DNA of 64,000 bases. Source: Giardia intestinalis. Lineage: Eukaryota. The notes beneath the pieces are model-generated. The model ran no database searches. It was not told the DNA's origin and saw only the letters and a list, made by a program, of their open reading frames with translations. Every line of letters starts with the position of its first letter. Positions within the stretch are counted from its first letter, which is position 1. A program made the translations under genes and the position numbers. Shown one piece after another: positions 41,172-50,428 of the stretch. The DNA lies in the NCBI GenBank assembly GCA_000002435.2, contig CM018792.1; one strand, written 5' to 3'.

Positions 41172-41844
41172 TGGTTTTTTAGAACAGGTAGTGGAGAGGC
41201 ACAAGCGTGGGCCCTGGACGGTAGCGTGACGACCAGTACTGACACAAAGGCCTTCCAGAAGTTGTGTGGCATTCGGGAGCCATAGGCTGTGCAGGGCGTT
41301 GATCTGGTGTCTTGAATGATTGCGCACGCCAGGCTTCTTCAATTAGAATGGTTACTAACATTACAGCTTTCTGCTAGTCGTCCTTTGCAATCCTTCCGTG
41401 ACGGCCTTCATCTGACGCTCTATACAGCTACTCACTGCGGTGATCTCGCAAACCACGTGAAACATATCTGTGCTGCAGTAGAGCCCACCTAGACTACTCC
41501 AGACCAGAATCGCCTTGCCTTGTCCTCAGCTCCAGCGACCATAGGCTTTCCCTAGAAGGCCGACGCATCCTTCCCTACTATCGTGCAGCTGAGGATCACA
41601 TCGGGATACAGCTCTTGTTCTAAGGAAGAGCCGAGCTGCACTTGTCCTGTATACTTGCGCAGCACAGAGAACTCTACAAGTCGTGATGCTGGGTCCCCTA
41701 CTTTTCTTTTGTTTTGTCCGAGAGTGATTCCATGCACTGGTATGATCATACGGTAGTGGAACTAGTGCATCAAATGATTGTCATGAGCACTTAGTTCGCG
41801 AGTGCACTTCGAGCGTTGCCCGTAGGATATTATGATAGTTGATG

Positions 41845-41851
41845 CATTTAC
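41845..41851 (-). promoter_or_regulatory. Polyadenylation signal AGTAAAT, 3' of the VSP gene
   Basis: Minus-strand AGTAAAT about 20 nt downstream of the VSP stop (TAG at 41872-41874). Confidence 0.5.
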
Positions 41852-41871
41852 TAACTAAGTCACATCTAAAT

Positions 41872-44466
41872 CTACGCCTTTCCTCTGCAGATGAACCACC
41901 AGCAGAGGAACCCAACAAGACCCCCCACGATAACGATGACTGCGACAGAAATGCCTGCGATGGCGCCTGTGCTAAGACCGCTCTTGTTGACGTTTCCACC
42001 GGTACTGTCGCCATCTTTCATGAGGTAGCAGAGAACGGGGCCAGTATTGCTAGGTGGAGGGGCGCAGTTTAAGCAGCCCTTGACGCCAGTGATCCCGTTG
42101 CTATCATTTTCGCAGGATGTGCAGGCGCCTTCTAATGCAATCTTGTAGTATCCTGTGGCGCACGTCGTGCAGGTGTTTGCAGCATTGGCGGCTGAGCATG
42201 TCTTGCAAGTAGGATCGCACGAGGGGCAGGTTCCAGCACCATCCGGACCAAGACTATTGGTGCATGTCTGGCACTTTCCTTTGTTATCAGTTAGTGCACA
42301 TACCTGCTTCCCAGGCTGTCTCGTTATTTCATAGCACCCGCCTCCCTGGACGAAGTATCCGGCGGCGCAGACCGTGCAGGCACCGTCAGCGGCAGTGGTG
42401 CAGAACTGAGTCCTGGCCGCATTGCTTGTGCAGACGCCATTGAGCGGCACGTTGTTCCCCTTGCACTTCGAGCAGTACTTGGTACCTCCAATTGTTAGGC
42501 CGCATGTCTCGCACTCCGGGCCCTCCACGCATTGCTCCACGCACTGGCCGCCCTCATTAAGCTTGCTCTCGTCGGCGTACCTCAGCATCTTCCCGGCGGG
42601 ACAGGCCGTGCACCTGGAAGCGCCGGCCCCGCTGCACTCCGCACAGGAGGGGTCGCAGGGCGCGCACGTTTGCCCGGATAGATACGTTCCGGCAGGGCAG
42701 TCGGTGAGACATGCCTTCTTCGTCGGGGTCAGATGCTTGCCTGGTTCACACGCGTCGCAAGTCTGCTTGTCCTGGGAGCACGTCTGGCAGTTCACGATCG
42801 GGCACTCGGCCGGCGCTGAGTTGCACTCCGTGTTACCCTCGTTGGGCACGAATCCCTGCTTGCACGCCACGCAAGTCTGCTTGTCCTGGGAGCACGTCTG
42901 GCAGTTCACGATCAGGCACTCGGCCGGCGCTGAGTTGCACTCCGTGTTACCCTCGTTGGGCACGAATCCCTGCTTGCACGCCACGCAAGTCTGCTTGTCC
43001 TGGGAGCACGTCTGGCAGTTCACGATCGGGCACTCGGCCGGCGCTGAGTTGCACTCCGTGTTACCCTCGTTGGGCACGAATCCCTGCTTGCACGCCACGC
43101 AAGTCTGCTTGTCCTGGGAGCACGTCTGGCAGTTCACGATCGGGCACTCGGCCGGCGCTGAGTTGCACTCCGTGTTACCCTCGTTGGGCACGAATCCCTG
43201 CTTGCACGCCACGCAAGTCTGCTTGTCCTGGGAGCACGTCTGGCAGTTCACGATCAGGCACTCGGCCGGCGCTGAGTTGCACTCCGTGTTACCCTCGTTG
43301 GGCACGAATCCCTGCTTGCACGCCACGCAAGTCTGCTTGTCCTGGGAGCACGTCTGGCAGTTCACGATCGGGCACTCGGCCGGCGCTGAGTTGCACTCCG
43401 TGTTACCCTCGTTGGGCACGAATCCCTGCTTGCACGCCACGCAAGTCTGCTTGTCCTGGGAGCACGTCTGGCAGTTCACGATCAGGCACTCGGCCGGCGC
43501 TGAGTTGCACTCCGTGTTACCCTCGTTGGGCACGAATCCCTGCTTGCACGCCACGCAAGTCTGCTTGTCCTGGGAGCACGTCTGGCAGTTCACGATCGGG
43601 CACTCGGCCGGCGCTGAGTTGCACTCCGTGTTACCCTCGTTGGGCACGAATCCCTGCTTGCACGCCACGCAAGTCTGCTTGTCCTGGGAGCACGTCTGGC
43701 AGTTCACGATCGGGCACTCGGCCGGCGCTGAGTTGCACTCCGTGTTACCCTCGTTGGGCACGAATCCCTGCTTGCACGCCACGCAAGTCTGCTTGTCCTG
43801 GGAGCACGTCTGGCAGTTCACGATCGGGCACTCGGCCGGCGCTGAGTTGCACTCCGTGTTACCCTCGTTGGGCACGAATCCCTGCTTGCACGCCACGCAA
43901 GTCTGCTTGTCCTGGGAGCACGTCTGGCAGTTCACGATCGGGCACTCGGCCGGCGCTGAGTTGCACTCCGTGTTACCCTCGTTGGGCACGAATCCCTGCT
44001 TGCACGCCACGCAAGTCTGCTTGTCCTGGGAGCACGTCTGGCAGTTCACGATCGGGCACTCGGCCGGCGCTGAGTTGCACTCCGTGTTACCCTCGTTGGG
44101 CACGAATCCCTGCTTGCACGCCACGCAAGTCTGCTTGTCCTGGGAGCACGTCTGGCAGTTCACGATCGGGCACTCGGCCGGCGCTGAGTTGCACTCCGTG
44201 TTACCCTCGTTGGGCACGAATCCCTGCTTGCACGCCACGCAAGTCTGCTTGTCCTGGGAGCACGTCTGGCAGTTCACGATCGGGCACTCGGCCGGCGCTG
44301 AGTTGCACTCCGTGTTACCCTCGTTGGGCACGAATCCCTGCTTGCACGCCACGCAAGTCTGCTTGTCCTGGGAGCACGTCTGGCAGTTCACGATCGGGCA
44401 GTCGGTTGATACTGATGTACGGTGAGCTTGTGTCACTGTAAAAACTAGGAGAAATCCTACCAACAT
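41872..44466 (-). CDS. Variant-specific surface protein (VSP) with an internal array of identical 38-aa repeats
   Basis: N-terminal signal peptide MLVGFLLVFTVTQA. Numerous CXXC and GGCY motifs. It ends with the TM segment plus the invariant CRGKA tail. True ATG at 44464-44466. Confidence 0.9.
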   Translation of the reverse strand: MLVGFLLVFTVTQAHRTSVSTDCPIVNCQTCSQDKQTCVACKQGFVPNEGNTECNSAPAECPIVNCQTCSQDKQTCVACKQGFVPNEGNTECNSAPAECPIVNCQTCSQDKQTCVACKQGFVPNEGNTECNSAPAECPIVNCQTCSQDKQTCVACKQGFVPNEGNTECNSAPAECPIVNCQTCSQDKQTCVACKQGFVPNEGNTECNSAPAECPIVNCQTCSQDKQTCVACKQGFVPNEGNTECNSAPAECPIVNCQTCSQDKQTCVACKQGFVPNEGNTECNSAPAECPIVNCQTCSQDKQTCVACKQGFVPNEGNTECNSAPAECLIVNCQTCSQDKQTCVACKQGFVPNEGNTECNSAPAECPIVNCQTCSQDKQTCVACKQGFVPNEGNTECNSAPAECLIVNCQTCSQDKQTCVACKQGFVPNEGNTECNSAPAECPIVNCQTCSQDKQTCVACKQGFVPNEGNTECNSAPAECPIVNCQTCSQDKQTCVACKQGFVPNEGNTECNSAPAECLIVNCQTCSQDKQTCVACKQGFVPNEGNTECNSAPAECPIVNCQTCSQDKQTCDACEPGKHLTPTKKACLTDCPAGTYLSGQTCAPCDPSCAECSGAGASRCTACPAGKMLRYADESKLNEGGQCVEQCVEGPECETCGLTIGGTKYCSKCKGNNVPLNGVCTSNAARTQFCTTAADGACTVCAAGYFVQGGGCYEITRQPGKQVCALTDNKGKCQTCTNSLGPDGAGTCPSCDPTCKTCSAANAANTCTTCATGYYKIALEGACTSCENDSNGITGVKGCLNCAPPPSNTGPVLCYLMKDGDSTGGNVNKSGLSTGAIAGISVAVIVIVGGLVGFLCWWFICRGKA
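42757..44400 (-). repeat. Tandem repeat, 114-bp unit × about 14.4, near-identical. Encodes CPIVNCQTCSQDKQTCVACKQGFVPNEGNTECNSAPAE.
   Basis: I measured a period of 114 nt directly (for example 42786 versus 42900). There are 14 full copies plus a partial 15th. The only variation is a P/L codon change (cggg/cagg) in three copies. Confidence 0.9.
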
Positions 44467-45499
44467 TAGCCGGGTTAGTATGCCACTGCTCTTCCGTCAG
44501 GCTGGTGTGTTGCCGCGAGCAGTGAGAGACAGCCGCTCTTGCTCTCTTGATCGGTTGGACTGGAGAAGGACGAGATAGGAGCACACCCACCGGAGGCCAG
44601 TTGATAGCGCAGTTCCCCCTGGCTTCAGTAGGAACAGGACCAGTGAGGGACAGACTCAGATCGCACCTCTCTTGTGGAATGATTGGTCGGGGTGCACTCT
44701 TGTACATTGCTGTGGAGTATTCGTTGGCTTCCTCTGCAGGGGCAGGGCGTCCCGGTAGTAAATGCGTCACATTACATCTGCTCGCTCCATGGCCTCTGCG
44801 GCGCTATTCTATAAAGCTGCTGATTAGAGATCTCTAAGCGAATGCTCTCACTGGTCACAAGAGGGCAGAAGATAGACCCCCATAACTTTCGCTTCTCATC
44901 TGACCACCACGAGCCTGTTGCTTTCCATCCACGCCTCTCTTCCCCCGGACCGGCCTCGTGCTCCTTCGTCCAGCGCACCATAGTGGAGTACACAGCCTCC
45001 TGTGCTGCCTGGCCGCAGGGTCCGCTGACGTGTGGGCCTACTCGCCCCAGACCCCATTGCAGAGCCAAAGGCTTCAGCGGAGAGACGTGCTCAGGTGCAC
45101 CGCCAGACAGTGTCTCGGCGCCCCGTGACCACCTGGATCCATCCCCGGAGGTAACAGATGCAGCTCCGCCTTATGAGGGGGAGAGCGCCGGCGGCTGACT
45201 CCGCGACTGCAGTGCTCCACGTAGGGACAGCCGGGCCATCCTCTGGCTCTCTGGACGGCAAGCGTGTGCCGAGAAGGAGGCGTCGGTGGACCGTGGCCCT
45301 CCACAGACTGGGTAGGTGGCCAGTGCCGGGGCTCGTCAACCATGGTGAGCTAGCTGATCGGGTGTCTCCCTACCGCATGGCTGGGACGTACAGAATAGCT
45401 CTGGACAGAACGCCAGACGCGAAGGAGCCGTCTCGCACAGGGCAGCCCCACGCTGCGGCCTATTTTCATTTAATCCCGCCTCGCTTGCCCGCGCCCCGG

Positions 45500-46645
45500 A
45501 TGGCTCTTTCGTTCCAGTTCACCCTGTCGCAGACCCCCGAGGCCCTCACGGCCTGCGTGCGGGTCCCGGCGGGCGTGCCACCCCGGTCGCTCGAGGTGAC
45601 GGTCACCGACCTGTGCATCACGATCTCTGCGCCGGAGCGCTACGTCTCCAACATAGACCTCTACGACGCCGTCCAGCTGGAGAACGCGCGCTGCAAGTTC
45701 AGCGGCGGATGCCTCGTGGTCCACCTCCTGAAGAAGACCCCGGGCACGTGGGCTGCGCTGGAGTTCGACGGGAGCCCCGAGGAGGCCGCGAGGCGCCGCG
45801 AGGAGTCCTATGCGCGGTATGATGCATACGTCCGGGAGCAGGCCAGGAGGGAGGCAGAGGCCGCGGCGGCCGAGAAGCGCAGGCAGGTCGACGCGGACAT
45901 CGAGGCCCGCCAGCGGCAGGCCGGCGAGGAGCGGAGGATGCGCGAGCAGCAGGTCTCGGCTCTGCGGCGGCAGGTGGAGGAGGCCCCGGACGAGGCGCCG
46001 AGGCCCCCCGCCGACCCCGAGGCCCGGATGCCTGCGGTGCGCACGGAGAGCACGGTGGTCATCGAGGCGTCCTTCACGAGGCGCACGGTCGCCGTCCCCG
46101 CGCGCGACGGGCGGGACATCTACGCAGACGGGCAGCTGGGGCCGGTCGCAGGGGCTGCCCAGCATCCGCCCCCCGGCGAGGCCGACGTGAAGGCCGGCGA
46201 GCACCGGCGCCGCCTTACCCCGTACGAGCTCCTCGACCAGGCGAAGAGGCTCGCCACGCGGGGCGTCGGGGCAGACCTCCCGGCCGCCATGGAGCTCGCG
46301 GGCCAGGCGAGGGAGCAGCTTCCCCTGAGCATGGACGCCGTCGTCCTCTACGCCTCCCTCTCCCTGCGCGAGGGGCGCTACGAGCAGGCCCTCGAGGCGA
46401 CGGACGCGGGCCTCACGGTTCTGGGCGGAAGGCACCCGCTGCAGCAGAGCAGGGAGCCCCCGGTCTACAGCAGGGAGCTCCGGAGCGCCGTCCACGCGCT
46501 GAGGGGGGCAGCCCTGGCGCAGGCGAAGCGGGTGCGCGAGGCCCTGGCCCACACCGAGGCTGCGCTCGAGCTCACCCCCGACAACGAGGGGCTCGCCCAC
46601 GACGCCCGCCTGCTCCGGGAGATCGTCGCCCAGGTGCTCGCGTAG
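45500..46645 (+). CDS. DNAAF4/DYX1C1-like protein: N-terminal CS (p23-like) domain, charged coiled-coil, C-terminal TPR
   Basis: FQFTLSQTPEALTACVRVP...LEVTVTDLCITISAPERYVSNIDLYDAVQLENARCKFSGGCLVVHLLKKTPGTWAAL fits the CS-domain pattern. An R/E/A-rich coiled-coil and C-terminal TPR-like helices follow. The domain order (CS then TPR) matches DYX1C1. The track start 45158 has non-coding character; the first credible ATG is at 45500, preceded by tattttcatttaatc. About 72% GC. Confidence 0.5.
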   Translation: MALSFQFTLSQTPEALTACVRVPAGVPPRSLEVTVTDLCITISAPERYVSNIDLYDAVQLENARCKFSGGCLVVHLLKKTPGTWAALEFDGSPEEAARRREESYARYDAYVREQARREAEAAAAEKRRQVDADIEARQRQAGEERRMREQQVSALRRQVEEAPDEAPRPPADPEARMPAVRTESTVVIEASFTRRTVAVPARDGRDIYADGQLGPVAGAAQHPPPGEADVKAGEHRRRLTPYELLDQAKRLATRGVGADLPAAMELAGQAREQLPLSMDAVVLYASLSLREGRYEQALEATDAGLTVLGGRHPLQQSREPPVYSRELRSAVHALRGAALAQAKRVREALAHTEAALELTPDNEGLAHDARLLREIVAQVLA

Positions 46646-46685
46646 CCGCCCGTCTGTAAACTAGCCGGCCTTAAAAATCGCGGCC

Positions 46686-47945
46686 ATGGACGGCGCCCCG
46701 CACCTGGTCTTCCACGCGCCCGTCGGAGAGGCGGACGCGACGACGGCCTTCGCCAAGCAGCTGGCAAACGCGTTCCCGGGCCGGCTCTCTGTCGACGTGA
46801 CCTCCTCCCTCTCGAGGCCGCTTCCCGAGCGCGCCCTGCTTGTCGTCTCTGCGGGGCTGGAGACCCTCAGCCAGGCAGACGTCCAGGCGATCAAGGGCCA
46901 CAGGCGCTCCGGCGGCCCCGTGCTCGTCATGGTCGCCGACGCGGCCCGGACCCGCTTTTCCGAGCACGCCGAGAAGATGCTCAACGAGCTGGGGATCTCG
47001 GGCATCAGGGCAGACCCCGTGATATCCTCCGTCCACACCCCCGGCCTGTACCACCCGACGCACCTGCTCCTCACCGCCTCGTCCTTCGTCTGCTCCTCGC
47101 TGCTCACCAAGCTGGAGAAGGCGCGCCCCGCGGCGGAGGCCCGCGACGTCTCCGTCGTCTACCCCTGCGGGACGTCGTTCGCAGTCAACCCGAGCCTGGC
47201 GGCCGTCGTGCTCTCGTCGGGCGACAGCGCGTTCCCGCCGAACCAGCCCGTCGCGGCCGCCCTGCGCGAGGACGGCGCCGCGAGGCTCGGCCGGTGCGTG
47301 GTGCTCGGCACGTCGCGGATGTTCGCCGACGGCTTCCTCGCGAGGTTCGACAACCGCGCCCTCTTCGAGCTGATCCTCCAGTACCTCCTGCGCCACCCGG
47401 ACGCGCCCGCCCTCGCCTCTGCCGCAAACGTGAACGAGTCCCTCCTGGGAGGGGCCGAGGAGTCCGTTTACATCCCAGACACGCAGACGGTCGCGCTGAA
47501 CATGCGCGCCTGCCTGCACGCCCCCGACGCGCTTCCAGACGACTTCACAGACCTCCTGGACACCGTCCCGTCGGCGAACCCGAGCATCCTGCCGCAGGTC
47601 TCGGCCCTGTACGAGAAGATGGGATTCAGCAGGTCAGAGCCCACGCTGAAGCTGGTGAACCCCAGCTTTGAAAAGCCCACGCCGCCCCTCATCCCGGCGG
47701 TCCACTTCCCCGTCCTCCCCGACCCGCCCGGGGCGCCCCTGCTGGAGCTGTTCGACCTGGACACAGAGCTGGCCAGCGAGCAGACGCGCCTGAACAAGCT
47801 CGCGTCCAAGTGCACAAACAGCGACGTCGAGTTCTTCCTCCGGCAGGCCGGGGACCTCCTGAACATAGGCGGCTCGCCGAAGGAGATCCTGTACCACGTG
47901 CTTGTCTCCACGGTCAACTTCAAGAAGGGCATGGCCGGCAAGTGA
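46686..47945 (+). CDS. IFT52: Intraflagellar transport protein IFT52
   Basis: The ORF aligns along its length to IFT52: VVSAGLETLSQADVQAIKGHRRSGGPVLVMVADA with the IFT52 GIFT-domain segment WITAGPREKFTAAEFEILKKYLDTGGDVFVMLGEGG; CVVLGTSRMFADGFLARFDNRALFELILQYLL with LAVLGSCHMFSDQYLDKEENSKIMDVVFQWLT; and PLLELFDLDTELASEQTRLNKLASKCTNSDVEFFLRQAGDLLNI with PLELFDLDETFSSEKARLAQITNKCTEEDLEFYVRKCGDILGV. About 72% GC. Confidence 0.8.
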   Translation: MDGAPHLVFHAPVGEADATTAFAKQLANAFPGRLSVDVTSSLSRPLPERALLVVSAGLETLSQADVQAIKGHRRSGGPVLVMVADAARTRFSEHAEKMLNELGISGIRADPVISSVHTPGLYHPTHLLLTASSFVCSSLLTKLEKARPAAEARDVSVVYPCGTSFAVNPSLAAVVLSSGDSAFPPNQPVAAALREDGAARLGRCVVLGTSRMFADGFLARFDNRALFELILQYLLRHPDAPALASAANVNESLLGGAEESVYIPDTQTVALNMRACLHAPDALPDDFTDLLDTVPSANPSILPQVSALYEKMGFSRSEPTLKLVNPSFEKPTPPLIPAVHFPVLPDPPGAPLLELFDLDTELASEQTRLNKLASKCTNSDVEFFLRQAGDLLNIGGSPKEILYHVLVSTVNFKKGMAGK

Positions 47946-47960
47946 ATGGTGCCCGCGGGC

Positions 47961-48248
47961 TCAGTAGTAGTAGACGGCATACAGGTTGGCGATGCAGATG
48001 ATGTCGTCGTTCTGGTACACGTGGCGGAGCTCCGCGTCGGCGTCGGCGTCGAAGTAGCACTTGTTCTCGCTCCGGATGCCTTGGCCCTTCTGGCCGATGA
48101 TGGTCACGGAGACGCAGATCTTGAACCTGCTGTCCGAGATGAGCCGCACCTTGGCCCGGATCTCGTCTGCGAGCTCCTTGGACACCTTGGCGCAGTCCTC
48201 GGAGTCGTACTGCCGCCCGCGCAGCCGCCTCTCCACGATCTGCTTCAT
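47961..48248 (-). CDS. Tctex-1 family dynein light chain (DYNLT). The 5' end is unresolved.
   Basis: FKICVSVTIIGQKGQGIRSENKCYFDADADAELRHVYQNDDIICIANLYAV matches the Tctex1 C-terminal core. The first ATG is at 48248 (MKQIV...). The frame stays open and Tctex-like (KRFDRQKAHEE) for 18 more codons up to a GTG at 48302. A stop lies 7 codons further upstream and there is no in-frame ATG. Confidence 0.6.
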   Translation of the reverse strand: MKQIVERRLRGRQYDSEDCAKVSKELADEIRAKVRLISDSRFKICVSVTIIGQKGQGIRSENKCYFDADADAELRHVYQNDDIICIANLYAVYYY

Positions 48249-48759
48249 CTCCTCGTGGGCCTTCTGCCGGTCGAACCTTTTGGTCGGCGCCGAGGGACGC
48301 ACAAGCTCTATAATGCCTAATCATATCAGCCTCTGAGGTGAGTAGTGGTGTATAAGTCTGAGCTCAGCTTCTGAATAACAGCCCCAGCCCTGCCTTTCTG
48401 TGTTGCACACAGATCTGAACATCAAGCCAGGACAAGTGAGCAGGCACACACGGAGGGGCGTTCCACACTGCAAGATAAAAGCAGTCATTCTCTTGCTGCA
48501 TCTATTAGTAAGCCAATCGATAAGTAACCAGTCTGCATGTTCTCCGAAGTAGTGATGTTGTAAGAGATTGTCTGAATAACACTTAAGTGCTTATTCAGTC
48601 GTCTTGGATTGCCTTCAGAGTTAGACTCGTAGTCTGCAAGGATGATTACACTTATGTTTAATAGGACAGGAGTCTCAAGGACACATGTGTCTGGACTTGT
48701 GGAATCACAATCACTACACCCAATCACTCAAGATTGGGACAATCCTTTATTAAACAAAA

Positions 48760-50428
48760 ATGACGAGGAACGCTGCGTTGTGTAATGAGGTAAGCGCCTT
48801 CGTTACTGTTGATGATTTGCTAAGCTGCATGGGCACCGAACTGGGAAAGGGCATACATGGTTCCGTGTTTGCAATTAAAGGTCACGACAATTTGGTATTC
48901 AAGGAGGTTCAATATAGCACACCCAATGAGCCAGTGGTCAAGCAGATTGAGGACAGCGACAAGCTTGTGCAGGCTATAAAGCATGATAACATTGTAACAT
49001 GGCGCAAAGTCATCAAAGATGATAAGTGCATTTGCATTGTCATGGATCGTTATGACTGCTCACTGGATGTTTTCTTGAGGGAGCGCCGTCATAAAGGTGT
49101 GCCAATGGACGAAGACATGGTTCTTGATTTTTCCAGGCAAATTTGTTCTGCCTTTGCATACATTCACAACTTGAACAAAGAGCTACCTAATGGGCTGCCT
49201 ATTTTGTCAGTTGTTCATGGAGATGTTAAGCCGGCTAATATCTTGGTAGCTGATCAGGGGAAAAAGTTTTCCATTGCAGACTTCGCATTTGGCGATAGAA
49301 ATATGGCAAGTTCCGTGGCCTACTATGAAGCTCCCGAGGTGCGCAGTGGGGGAGCCCCCACATCTGCATCAGACATGTGGAGCATTGGTGTTATTCTTTA
49401 TGAGCTTGCTGTGGGAAATATAACTATCATAAGAACCATCGACTTCACCAAATGCAATAGAGATTTCCAGCTTAACCTCAATGCAGTTACCTATCCATCT
49501 ATCAGGGCCATCATTAGTCGCCTCCTTGTCTTAAATCCTTCAAGCCGCATAACGGCGAAAGAGCTCTGTGATGTGCTGGCTTCAAAAGATGTTGCTACCA
49601 CACTTAGTATTAGACACCTAGGCGACTCAACTGGACTGCACGACAAGATGCTGAAGACTTTGATGGAAAGAGTCGCGTCTCTTGAGAACATCGTTGCCAA
49701 ACAAGCAAGCCAGATTGAAAGTCTTCAAAAGAAGAACGAGGAATTAAGGAATGCTGGTCCTAATTCAAGCGACACTGTAGCAAATCTTGCCTTTGTCAAC
49801 CTCATGACTGCAGTCCAGAGTAACAATATCGAAACTGTCAGAATGATCTTGAGCAGTGGAGTTAGCATGGGAAAACAGGACAATAAAGGAATGACTGCGC
49901 TGATGTATGCGGCAGAGGCGGACAGATTTCAGATCGTCGAGCTTCTTTTAGAGCACGAAAAGTGCATCCGTGATAAAAATGGATGGACTGCCCTTATGCG
50001 TGCTGCGCAGAAGAATAGCGTCAATTCGGTGAGACTCCTTATCAAGGTAGAAGCTGGAATGCAGAGCAATAACGGAAGGACAGCCCTTATGGAGGCGGTA
50101 GCCAAGAAGAGTCTAAATTCCGCAGTAGAACTGATAGAGTGTGAACACGGATATCAAGATCGCAGCGGATGTACGGCTCTAATGTATGCTGCAGAGAAAG
50201 GGCTCACTGAGATAGTCACCAGATTGTTGGATTATGAAAAGAGGAGGCGGAGTAACCGCCCTCATGAAAGCTGCTGCAAAGAACCGTGTCGATGTAGTGA
50301 ATGCCTTGGCTGCATGTGAGGCTGGTCTGAAAAATAAAAAGGGTGAGACAGCATTGGAAATAGCGCGAGATCGAGGGTACTCAGAAGTAGAGGAGATCCT
50401 CATGGACTTCCTAGGCGAGACTGTGTGA
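48760..50428 (+). CDS. NEK-type protein kinase with C-terminal ankyrin repeats, interrupted by a 1-nt frameshift near 50237-50240 (possible pseudogene or sequencing error)
   Basis: The kinase domain has LGKGIHGSVF, VFKEV, HGDVKPANILV, DFA and YEAPEV. Four or more ankyrin repeats carry the Giardia-typical G.TALM.AA motif. The frame-1 ORF ends at 50319 (..LLDYEKRRRSNRPHES..*). The frame-2 ORF 50234..50428 continues the ankyrin repeats perfectly (RGGGVTALMKAAAKNRVDVVNALAACEAGLKNKKGETALEIARDRGYSEVEEIL). Deleting one A from the A4 run at 50237-50240 restores ...LLDYERGGGVTALMKAA.... Confidence 0.6.

Noticed and set aside
42757-44400. Could the 114-bp tandem array be a CRISPR or a satellite?
   Set aside because: The repeats are contiguous with no spacers. 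They are in-frame coding sequence for a Cys-rich VSP repeat, and the context is eukaryotic.
42422-44441. Two long plus-strand ORFs (667 aa and 576 aa) antisense to the VSP
   Set aside because: They exist only because the 114-bp repeat lacks stops in several frames. Their proteins are low-complexity repeats of the same unit read in the wrong frame. They have no start context, and the VSP strand has the signal peptide and CRGKA tail.
45470-47980. Long minus-strand ORFs (376 aa, 282 aa, 170 aa, 149 aa) overlapping the DNAAF4-like and IFT52 genes
   Set aside because: The 72% GC composition suppresses AT-rich stop codons in all frames. The translations are Arg/Gly/Pro/Ala low-complexity with no homology, and the plus-strand frames carry clear IFT52 and CS/TPR homology.
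48303-48560. Candidate upstream exon or intron for the Tctex gene (CTCACCTCAG, CTGATATGATTAG, ACTAATAGATGCAG)
   Set aside because: None combines a GTATGT-type donor with a CTRAC-N4-AG acceptor in a phase that bypasses the in-frame TGA at 48321-48323. I kept the 5'-end anomaly as a finding but made no intron call.
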